Shown: positions 42,708 to 51,333 of the stretch, one piece after another
How positions within the stretch are numbered: the first letter of the stretch is position 1
Layout: every line of letters begins with the position of its first letter
NCBI GenBank assembly: GCA_965203515.1
Contig: OZ241907.1
Location: 2,016,001 to 2,080,000, forward strand
Origin: Spirochaetia bacterium
GTDB taxonomy: Bacteria; Spirochaetota; Spirochaetia; SZUA-6; Bin103
DNA: 64,000 bases
Reading direction: 5' to 3'
The notes under the pieces: generated by a model
What the model saw: the letters and a program-made list of their open reading frames with translations, nothing else
Database searches by the model: none
Told to the model about the DNA's origin: nothing
Position numbers and translations under genes: made by a program

Positions 42708-44039
42708 GGGGCTTCCGGGTTTCGTGTGGGTAGGGCGCCCTGACGGTGGCGGTGGCGCCGCCAGCAAGGCTACGCTGGCGCCATGCGTGACAAGGAACTG
42801 TACGGCAGGATTCTGGGCGTCGAGGCACCGTGGCGAGTGGCCGACGTCGAACTGAACCTTCAGCAGGGCGAGATCGTGGTCCACGTCGAGCACGGCGGGC
42901 CGCTCACCTGCCCGCACTGCGGCCAAGCCGCGCGCCGCTACGACAGCCGTCAACGGCGGTGGCGCCATCTGGACACCTGCCAGTACCGCACCGTTCTGGC
43001 TGCCGACGTACCGCGGTCTCAGTGCCGGCAGCACGGCGTCAAGCAGATCGAGGTGCCGTGGAGCGAAGGCCGCTCGCGGCTGACCGCGCTGTGCGAGGCG
43101 GTCGTGATCGACTGGCTGCAGCACGCCACGATCGCGGCGGTGGCGCAGCAGATGCGGCTCAGCTGGGACGAGGTCGACGGAGTGATGCAGCGCGCGGTGC
43201 ACCGCGGCTTACAACGGCGTGAGGTGCAGCTGCCGCCGCGGATCGGCGTGGACGAGACGTCGTTTCAGAAGCGCCATGAGTACGTGACGGTGATCAACGA
43301 TCTGGACGGGCACGTCGTGCACGTGGCCGATGGCCGCCGCAAGGAGGTGTTGGAGGAGTTCTACCAGCAGTTTGACCCTGAGCAGTTGGCTGGCGTCGAG
43401 ACGGTCGCCATGGACATGTGGGAGCCGTACATCATCGCGACCGCCGCCTACGTGCCGGACGCGGAGCTCAAGATCGCGTTCGACAAGTTCCACGTCGCCC
43501 GGCACCTCGGCAACGCCGTTGACCAGGTACGGCGAGCCGAGAGCCGCCGGCTGGCCGGCAGCGGTGATGATCGGCTGAAGGGCAGCCGCTATGCGTGGCT
43601 GACCAACCCCGAGCACATGGATGCCGAGCGTTGGCGGCAGTTCGCTGACTTGCGGGACAGCGCGCTGCAGACCGCGCGCGCCTGGGGCTACAAGGAACAT
43701 GCGATGACGCTGTGGAAGTACCGCTCTCGCGGGTGGGCGCGCAAGGCGTGGCAGGCGTGGTACCGGTCGGCGATCCGGTGTCGTCTGGAGCCGGTCAAGC
43801 GGGTAGCGCGGATGGTCAAGCGTCATCTGGAAGGGATCGTGACGGCGGTGGTGCAGGGGGTGAGCAACGCGCGGGCGGAGTCGATCAACGCGGGGGTGCA
43901 GAGGTTGAAGTACGCAGCGCGCGGCTTTCGCAACCGGCAGAGGTTCCGCAACGCCATCTACTTTCACCTCGGCGGTCTTGACCTCTACCCCGCCAGTGTC
44001 GGCCGTGACCACCTCGTCCACACGAAAGCCTGAAGACCC
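42708..44039 (+). mobile_element. ISL3-family element
   Basis: IRs GGGGCTTCCGGGTTTCGTGTGG / CCACACGAAAGCCTGAAGACCC; imperfect AT-rich target duplication TGGTAATA / TGGTATAATA. Confidence 0.9.
42783..44033 (+). CDS. ISL3 transposase
   Basis: CPHCG zinc finger, WRHLD, GVDETSF, AMDMW, FDKFHV, ARGFRN. Confidence 0.93.
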   Translation: MRDKELYGRILGVEAPWRVADVELNLQQGEIVVHVEHGGPLTCPHCGQAARRYDSRQRRWRHLDTCQYRTVLAADVPRSQCRQHGVKQIEVPWSEGRSRLTALCEAVVIDWLQHATIAAVAQQMRLSWDEVDGVMQRAVHRGLQRREVQLPPRIGVDETSFQKRHEYVTVINDLDGHVVHVADGRRKEVLEEFYQQFDPEQLAGVETVAMDMWEPYIIATAAYVPDAELKIAFDKFHVARHLGNAVDQVRRAESRRLAGSGDDRLKGSRYAWLTNPEHMDAERWRQFADLRDSALQTARAWGYKEHAMTLWKYRSRGWARKAWQAWYRSAIRCRLEPVKRVARMVKRHLEGIVTAVVQGVSNARAESINAGVQRLKYAARGFRNRQRFRNAIYFHLGGLDLYPASVGRDHLVHTKA

Positions 44040-44364
44040 TGGTATAATAAATGCCGCCGCGGCTAAGTTTATCCCGACCGCATCCCACGCGACAACATTC
44101 CGGGAAAGCACTCCCGGCAAATTTTGTTTCGTAGTCGCCGAACATCTCACCAAACAACGGAACGACACCGATCGAAAACACTGCAGAGAACGTCAGACCG
44201 ACCGGCTCTCTCGCCAACAGCGTCACCTGATATCGAGTGGCTCTCAGTACGTGGTGGACATTCACGACGCGCTACCAGATTCGCCGACAGATCACAAACA
44301 TGGAAGTAGTGCCTGCAAAGTCCCCGCGATCATCCTATTGCATCCCCTCGTTTGCCGTTTTATT

Positions 44365-44404
44365 GGGTCCCGGCTTTTAAATCGATCGTCTAGAGCCGGG
44401 ACCC
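44365..44404. terminator. Stem-loop inside the RiPP-like cluster
   Basis: GGGTCCCGGCT ... AGCCGGGACCC inverted repeat. Confidence 0.45.
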
Positions 44405-44452
44405 GAAACGGTTCTCCCGTCACGACAGCTCCTCGTCTGTTTCCGTCCACAG

Positions 44453-44812
44453 TGTGTCGGCTGCGGCATGCCGCGGCTGATCAACCGCATCGCCCATTAC
44501 GCCCTGTCGGCCTGTGCGCTCGCCAACGAGCGGCGCGTCACCGCCGATCACCTGCAGCACGCCCTCGACGACCTGCAGCCATGAACGCAGCACCTCCGGG
44601 CACTGCCGGTCCGGCGCCGCCGTGGTCCGTGGTCCGTTGCCCGGCGCGCCGAGACCGGCGCCCAACTCCGCGCCGGACGCCACGCCAGCGCCGGCCGGCG
44701 CTACCAGGCAGCCGCACGTCCCTGCGGTGACGACGATGACCTGCCGGCCTGCAGTTCGCTGTCCCGCATTCATTCACATGACGGGATTGTCCGGGAAACC
44801 CCGAGTCTATCA
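44453..44812 (+). mobile_element. 3' remnant of a transposon with an ExeA/TnsC-like AAA ATPase
   Basis: High-GC insert; 44459-44584 translates GMPRLINRIAHYALSACALANERRVTADHL; ends ...CCCCGAGTCTATCA. Confidence 0.55.
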
Positions 44813-44868
44813 ACGCGATTTATTCCGGGATTCCAGTGACGAGATTATGTGAGAAACAACAGGGGCAC

Positions 44869-45070
44869 TCACGACGCGCTATTCGATTCGCCAACAGAGC
44901 TCAGCATGTAGAAGAGATCCTCCAAATTTGACGGCCTGACGATCTTCTGAGACAGGGCCATTTCAGAAATGGCTGTTTCGACGTGCCGATTGACAACTTC
45001 GTCTGAAACCACGATTCGCAAGCCTCCGAGCACTCGACCGGTCCATGTTATCCCCGGAATCTTCGAAATT
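44869..45070 (-). pseudogene. C-terminal fragment of an ABC exporter ATP-binding protein
   Basis: VRPSNLEDLFYML tail; lower GC; 5' part replaced by MTase sequence. Confidence 0.6.
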
Positions 45071-46703
45071 CGTTCGGGTTGCGCGCCACGTCCTCCGCGC
45101 TCAGCGCGCGCAGCCGGTAGTAGTCGAACCGGGCGGTCATCAGCCGGTGCTTGGCCAGCGTCAGCGCCACCCGGCTGGTGTCGGTGGTGATCCAGCGCCG
45201 CCCCCACTGCTCGGCGACATAGGCCGTCGTGCCGCTGCCGCAGGTCGGATCAAGCACCAGATCGCCGGGGTCCGTGGTCATCAACAGGCAGCGTTCGATG
45301 ACCTTCGAGTTAGTTTGCACGACATATAATTTGGGATCGCCGTATCCAGCAATACCAGTATCTGTCCACACGTTGTTGAACGGAAAAACGGGAAAGTTGT
45401 CGGCGTATCTGACATAGCTGAGCGTGTTTCCAACAAGAATCAGCTTTCCCGAATTTCTTAATCTTTCCAGTCCTTCCGGGGATGTCTTCCAGTGACTGTT
45501 TCGACCAGGATTGAGTATTCTATCCTCGAAAACGAAGTCGGCACTTGTGCTGGTCGAGCCCTGTGAATCCATGCCTCCTGCCTTGAACAGCCTCACCTGT
45601 TCCGGAAGCCCCCCATTTTCAATGTCAGTCTTGGCAATTCTCCTTCTGAAACCGTCCGGAAACTCGATGTAGTCATAGCCTCGTCGTTCCGAGCCGCTTG
45701 AGCTCGGGTTTTGAAACAGTTGTCGATATTTCATGTTCTCTCTATCGCGAGAAAACCATAGGATATAGTCGACAACATTATCGAGACGATCGCTGCTGAA
45801 CCCGCTTGTCTTTACAAACGAAATCACGGAAACGAAGTTCTCCGTGCCGAATACCTCGTCCATCATGCAACGCACGCGGTGCAGGTTCTCGTCGCTGATC
45901 TGGACGAAGATGCTGCCGGTGTCGCTGAGCAGCTCGCGCGCCATCGCCAGCCGGTCGCGCAGGTAGGCCAGGTAGGAGTGGACGCCCAGCGTCCAGGTGT
46001 CGCGGTACGCCTTGACCATCTCCGGCTCGCGGGTCAGGTCCTGCCGGCGGTCCTTGACGTCGCGCTGGCCGAGCTGCGGCTGGAAGTTGGAGGCGAACCT
46101 GATCCCGTAGGGCGGGTCGACGTAGATCATCTGCACCTTGCCGGCCAAGTCTTCGCGGCGGGCGAGGCTGGCCATCACCTGCAGCGAGTCGCCGAGGATC
46201 ATCCGGTTCGCCCAGTCCACGTCGTGGCGGTAGAACTGCACCGCCCGGGCGTAGTCGAGCTGCGGGTCGGCGAACAGGTCGCGCTGCGCGTCCTGCCGCT
46301 TGAGCACTCGCAGGATCGCCTGCGTGGAGACCCGCTCGTGCATGTGCAGCGCCACCGGATCGACCTCGAACCACGGCCGCTCCCGCTTGCCGCTCCACTC
46401 CAGCCACGGCTCATGCCGGCGCAGCGCGGCCGCCAGCAGCTCCGCCTCGTCTTCGGAGAGCGCCCGCTGCCGCGCCGCCGCCAGCAACTCCGGCAGCCGG
46501 TCCTCGGCCGCCGCGTCCGGCGCGGAGCGCAGCGCCGGCGGCAGATGCGGGTTGTAGTCGTACCGCACCGTCGGCGTCTCCCGGACCACCCCCTGCGCCT
46601 CCAATCCCGCCGGCGGAATGTTCTTCCGCTTCGCCGGATACGTGATCGACGCAACGGCGCCCGCCTCACCGCTGCCGCTCGCCGCGGCCTTCCTACGCGC
46701 CAT
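45048..46703 (-). pseudogene. Type III-like (Mod) N6-adenine DNA methyltransferase, probably 3'-truncated
   Basis: IYVDPPYG, VLDPTCGSGTT (beta-class order); abrupt junction near 45070. Confidence 0.8.
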
Positions 46704-46729
46704 GACCTATCCTCGGCTCCTCGGTCGCG

Positions 46730-47311
46730 TTAAATCGATTCAGGTGCAAGATTCCGATATGCGGTCGTCTCTATTTTTTCGAAGACCGGCTCGTTCCGCT
46801 TCACGACACTCTTCTTAGCGGCTCGTGTATGTCGTCTGCGCAGTAACAACAATGCAAACTGCACGGTCGTCCAGAAAAGGAACACAGGTGACGTCCACAT
46901 CATGTAATTTAATATCGCCACGGGAATGCCATCCCATATATCGACCGCCTTGTTACGGGTGTATTCATCGGGTATCTTCTTGATGCTTCCCGTAATCCGC
47001 TCAATGGGCTCAACGTCCGTTTCGATATTCTGGATACGTTCTCCTATCCGTACCAGTACAATAAATGAGAACGAGACGCGGTGGGCGAATTGCAGCATAC
47101 CGCACAAGGACTGCTCTACAGACCGATACAGCGGGCTGTCGAACTGAATCGTCGAACTGGGATCGAGAGCAAGATCGAACCATCTCTCTCGCAGATGAAA
47201 GAGATGGTCCCGAAATATATCCAAACGCAGTCGGCGCCACAGGAAATAGATCAGGAAAAGAAGAGCAACTCCGGCCGTTGTCGTCAGCGCTACGATCGCG
47301 TGATCCATCAT
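46730..47311 (-). CDS. Hypothetical membrane protein (lower GC)
   Basis: 193-aa ORF with hydrophobic segments and GGAGG RBS. Confidence 0.6.
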   Translation of the reverse strand: MMDHAIVALTTTAGVALLFLIYFLWRRLRLDIFRDHLFHLRERWFDLALDPSSTIQFDSPLYRSVEQSLCGMLQFAHRVSFSFIVLVRIGERIQNIETDVEPIERITGSIKKIPDEYTRNKAVDIWDGIPVAILNYMMWTSPVFLFWTTVQFALLLLRRRHTRAAKKSVVKRNEPVFEKIETTAYRNLAPESI

Positions 47312-47711
47312 TCGTCCTCCCTCCGTGTTGAACCGGTCCGATTCAGGCGACTGGATTGTCGATCATTATCGAGTTCTTTTTCCAGAGACTTGACACGTCT
47401 ACTAAGACGCTTACCTTCGTAACCCTAATTCTTCGCTCCGTTAATCCATATACGATACCTGCTATCCCTATGCATAGAAAAATAATGCCTCTAACAGAAG
47501 TATTCTTAATGACGTCGAATACTACGTTTATGTCTGCGTCAGTATCAAGGCCAGCAAGACTGTCTATCGAAAGAAAGACGAACCAAAAAGGAATGATTGT
47601 AGCTGTGGCTGTCATGAGATACTTGAATATTTTCGTAATCGTGCTGGACCAAACTTCGGTCCGTTGTCGTCGATACTCCAGTATCTCCCTGTTCAACTTG
47701 AACTTCGACAT
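47308..47711 (-). pseudogene. Small two-TM hypothetical protein, probable frameshift near 47410
   Basis: Alternative frame continues RLSRRVKSLEKELDNDRQSSRLNRTGSTRREDE-stop, overlapping the next ATG (ATGA). Confidence 0.5.
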
Positions 47712-48034
47712 GCCAGATCACACGCTCACGGCGCCAACGTACCCGTCGCGCGCTGCCTCGTCAACGTTGCGGCATGCACGTACGTAGCACGATTCGCCCG
47801 CCGGCGCGACTGTTCGGCAGCGTCGGTTGTTCAATTTCGGTCCCGATAGTATCGAAAGCTTCAATCGCGCGTCATCCAGGATCACAGACAGCTCCTGCCC
47901 GCGATGTATCCTTCCCACTGGGCGTTGTCGAGGCGACACCCTCCTTCCAGGATAGGGACGGAACCGCTGGCGCCACGCGAACAGAGTAGCGGCGGGGGGT
48001 GTTAGTGGTACCTGACGTCCGGTACCGGGCCGGC

Positions 48035-48301
48035 TCACTCGGCGCGGCCGGCGCCATTGTCGTCGAACTGCTGCTTGAGGCGCCGGAACGCAGCTTCGTC
48101 GATGCCGGTGGCCGCCTCGATGGTCGACCACGGTACATCGCGTTCCAAGAGTCCCCGGATAGTTTGCATCTGTCCCCTAAGCTCGCCTTCCCGGTGGCCT
48201 TCCCGGTGGCCTTCCCGGCGGGCCTCTTGGCGGGCCGCCCGGATGCCTTCCCGGATGCCTTTCCGGATGCCCTCGTCGATCATCTCATGCACGTAGGTCA
48301 T
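48035..48301 (-). CDS. Putative internal small Rpn C-terminal protein (RpnS-like)
   Basis: GGAGGAGAG RBS then ATG 48301, MTYVHEMIDEGIRKG..., 88 aa, open to the stop. Confidence 0.55.
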   Translation of the reverse strand: MTYVHEMIDEGIRKGIREGIRAARQEARREGHREGHREGELRGQMQTIRGLLERDVPWSTIEAATGIDEAAFRRLKQQFDDNGAGRAE

Positions 48302-49091
48302 TACCTCTCCTCCTCGGCCCGGCACGGTCCGCCGCAGCGCCTCCGCGAACGCCCGCTGCTGCTCATTCGACTTCAGCGCCAGCAGCACGTACTCCACGTG
48401 CAGCGCCACCCCGTCCAATCCTGCGGCCCGATACCGCTTCCACCAACCGTACCAATTGGTTGAACAACTCCTCCCGGCCCGCGCGGCGGAACTCGGCCAT
48501 GAACGCGAGCTGCGCCAGCCGCGCGCCCGGCGTCCCCTCCACCGACTCCGGGTTCTGCTCGGTCTGGTCGATCAGCAGGTGCTCGAACCGCGGCACCCAA
48601 CCCCGGTCGGGCTCCGCGCCCGCCACCAACTCCGCGAACTGCCGCGGGAATCTCCATGGTTCCGCTCCCTGATAGAATACCACCGGCACGATCAGCGGCA
48701 ACTGCGGCTCCTGCTCGTGATCCCGGTGCCAATCCATCCAGACCATCAGGCAGTAGTGCAGCAACCGCAGCGGCATCCAGCGGTCGGGCGTGGACTGATG
48801 CTCCAGCAGCACGTACACGAGCGCCGGGGGACCGGAATCCGCGCGCTCGACGGAGAACAGCAGGTCGGCCTCGCGTCCGCGCCAATCGTCACTGACGTAG
48901 CGGCCGGGCAGGTGGGTGAGGGTGGACCACCGCAGCGTGCTGACGAGTTCCTGAGGCAGATAGGAGCGCAACAGGCCGGCGGCGTTCTCGGGGTCGGAGA
49001 ACACGCCGTAGAAGTACTTGTCGTGCCGCTGGCTGATCGGCGGCTGCGACTCGGCGGACTGCGGTTGGTCCGTTGCGTGATCGTCGGCCAT
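48035..49091 (-). pseudogene. Rpn/YhgA-like recombination-promoting nuclease (PD-(D/E)XK), frameshifted near 48430
   Basis: HDKYFYGVFS, ADLLFSV, LLEHQS, PVVFYQG; C-terminal EGxxEG repeats in another frame. Confidence 0.85.
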
Positions 49092-49135
49092 GCGGCCCGG
49101 CGACCGTAGCCGCGCCCTACTCGGGCGTCAAGGCA

Positions 49136-49405
49136 TCAAGATGTCTGTGCCCCTTTCGCCGCGCCGCCGCGCGGGTAGACGTGACAGCCGGTAACGTCAC
49201 CGTCCCGTTCGCACAGGCGGCGCACGAACGAAGCCAGCGAACTCTTGCCGATGCCCCGTTCGCCGGTAATGAACCCGATCTTGAACACGCCGCGGTCGGC
49301 GGCGCGCACCAAGCCGCGCAGGCGTTCGATCGCGTCGAGCCGCCCTACGAACAGCTCGGCCGGGACCGGTTGGCCTGGCCGGAATGGACTCGATTCAGGC
49401 GTCAC
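49136..49405 (-). pseudogene. N-terminal fragment of a P-loop (AAA/STAND-like) ATPase
   Basis: SPFRPGQPV..LFVGR...ITGERGIGKSSL Walker A, then truncated. Confidence 0.65.
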
Positions 49406-49677
49406 TCGCAGCAGCTTAAGCCGAGCGGGCGGCAGGTGTCTATCAGGTACGGCGGTGCGGTCAGCCGCCGCCCGCACCGGCGGACAGAATCGACGACGAG
49501 GCAGCGCTCGGCCAGCGGCCACACTTCGATGCCGCCCTGGTACTCGCGCCGGTCGCCGCCGTACAGCAGGAAGCGCCTAGCCGAGGGTAGTCGCGGACGA
49601 AAACAGGCGCAGTCCCGCACCGTCCTCGCGCAGGCGCCCGGCGTTCACCTTCGGGTGCACGCCGCGCAGAGGAGACC

Positions 49678-49706
49678 TTGACGCCATAGCCGGTGCGCTG
49701 TACGCT
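49678..49706 (+). promoter_or_regulatory. Putative sigma70 promoter of the Ntn-hydrolase/TA operon
   Basis: TTGACG-17 nt-TACGCT. Confidence 0.5.
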
Positions 49707-49773
49707 CCCGTGCAGCGGACCGGATCACCAGCGATGGTCATCCTGCTCCGAGTCGTTACATGGAGGGAAGCGC

Positions 49774-50580
49774 ATGTCCCTGGCCGTAGTCGTTAAGGGT
49801 CCCGAAGGCTTGGTGCTGGCGGCAGATACTCGAGTAACGGTTACCGCCCAGCGGACCGGCACCCCAAGTCCGATTATCCTGAACTATGACAATACGACCA
49901 AGGTGCTCAGTTTCTCGGCACCTCATGCCTGGGTCGGCGCGGTGACCTACGGTGAAGCGTTGATCGGCACCAGAACCGCTCACAGCTTTGTCCCGGAGTT
50001 GGAACTGAAGCTGTGCGGCCAGAGGCATACTGTCTTCGACTATGCGCAGCTTCTTAGCGATTTCTACCGAAGCCGTTGGGAAGATGCCGGCTTGCCGTCC
50101 GGAACACCGAATGGCGGCATGTCGTTTATCGTCGGAGGATATGATGAGAACTCTCCGTATGGCACAGTGTTTCTCTTCAATATACCGAATGCTCCTGAAC
50201 CCGAGCCGCGAAACAATCCCGACTTCGGGATGACGTGGGGCGGACAACTTGAAATAACCAGTCGCATCATTCACGGCTATGACCCTCTACTCTTTCCGCT
50301 CATACGCGAACGGCTCAATATGCCGGATGAAGCGATCAGGTCTCTGGAGGATGCCATCAAGCCTCGTTTCGAGTATACCATACCGTACGACGTACTTCCT
50401 CTACAGGACTGCGTAGATCTTGCCATCTTCCTGATAAGGACCACTATTACCGCTCAGAATCTCGCGATTGGGATGCGAGGGGTGGGAGGCGCCATAGAGG
50501 TCGCGACGGTAACCAGGACAGGCGGACTGAAGTGGATTCAGAGAAAGGAGATTCACGGAGAAAACCTATGCTCCCACTGA
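49774..50580 (+). CDS. Proteasome-beta-like Ntn-hydrolase fold protein
   Basis: GGAGG RBS; M-SLAVVVKGPEGLVLAADTR puts Ser1/Asp17/Arg19 in proteasome register; FIVGGYD; GVGG. Confidence 0.7.
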   Translation: MSLAVVVKGPEGLVLAADTRVTVTAQRTGTPSPIILNYDNTTKVLSFSAPHAWVGAVTYGEALIGTRTAHSFVPELELKLCGQRHTVFDYAQLLSDFYRSRWEDAGLPSGTPNGGMSFIVGGYDENSPYGTVFLFNIPNAPEPEPRNNPDFGMTWGGQLEITSRIIHGYDPLLFPLIRERLNMPDEAIRSLEDAIKPRFEYTIPYDVLPLQDCVDLAIFLIRTTITAQNLAIGMRGVGGAIEVATVTRTGGLKWIQRKEIHGENLCSH

Positions 50581-50819
50581 ACGATACGGCAAGTACGAAA
50601 GACTGGTACGATGGCGCCGGATGGACCATTATTCCGGGCTATGTCATCGGCGCAGAAACGGGAGGATTCGAGCTCGTACATCACGGCGAGCACGATCAGG
50701 AGCTTGCCGAAGACCTGGCCGTCGCTGAGCGGGCGTTGGATGAGCACGGAAAGAAGGGAATCGAAGACACCGTATCATATCACGAGTACCGGACCAATCG
50801 ACTTGAGACCGAGCCTTGA
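50568..50819 (+). CDS. Small acidic protein, putative antitoxin
   Basis: 83 aa, GGAG RBS, EDLAVAERALDE...VSYHEY; overlaps both neighbours. Confidence 0.6.
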   Translation: MLPLNDTASTKDWYDGAGWTIIPGYVIGAETGGFELVHHGEHDQELAEDLAVAERALDEHGKKGIEDTVSYHEYRTNRLETEP

Positions 50820-51069
50820 GTATGAAATCCGGATGGATGCTCACGCTGCACGGGACCTTCGCCGTCTATCCCATGCAGACTACATACGAGTAGACAAGCG
50901 CATTTGTTCACTCGGAACGAATCCTCGTCCACTGGGAGTGACCAAGCTTCGAGATAAGGTACATCGTATACGGGTTGGCCCTTGGAGAGTGATCTACTTG
51001 ATCGACGATGCCAACCGTACGGTAGTGATAAACGCTGTCCGTCGTCGAGAGAAGGACACCTACCGATGA
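50803..51069 (+). CDS. RelE/ParE-family type II toxin
   Basis: YEI...AARDLRRL...NPRPLGVTKL...RIRVGPWRVIYLIDD...RREKDTY; TTG start inferred. Confidence 0.85.
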   Translation: MRPSLEYEIRMDAHAARDLRRLSHADYIRVDKRICSLGTNPRPLGVTKLRDKVHRIRVGPWRVIYLIDDANRTVVINAVRRREKDTYR

Positions 51070-51333
51070 CTTGGCTCGCCGGTCCTTTCGACGTACCTGC
51101 CGGCTTGGCGCTGCGTGGTGATCGGGCAGGGTCGTCGAGGCGTCGCCTGCCGGCTCGACCATCCGGCCGTCGAGCATCTGCCACACCCGTCCCGGCCGGA
51201 CGTGTCGAACGCGGCAAGCCCCCGACGGGACCCGACGTTGGTCACCGGCCGGCGATTCCGATACCCTTCCGGTTCACCTGCGAAACGCCGCGCCCCGTGC
51301 CGGCGTTTCGGCCTGACGGGAGTGTAAGAAGAG

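Larger units (their letters stand above)
42167..44265 (-). pseudogene. ABC-2 type exporter permease, interrupted by ISL3 and frameshifted
   Basis: N-terminal LLAREPVGLTFS; C-terminal GLLKMFKASPL...LSGLTVP...LSKFLPLTH...LLRWE. Confidence 0.78.

Noticed and set aside
44292..44423. 43-aa minus-strand ORF (MTGEPFRVP...LLPCL) with GAGGAG as the YcaO precursor
   Set aside because: No Cys/Ser/Thr-rich core and it runs through the hairpin; not supportable.
45048..46703. Phase-variable mod (phasevarion)
   Set aside because: No simple-sequence repeat tract seen in the gene.
49490..49610. RRFLLYGGDRREYQGGIEVWP fragment, possibly the C-terminus of a DUF4143-type ATPase
   Set aside because: Too short to call with confidence.
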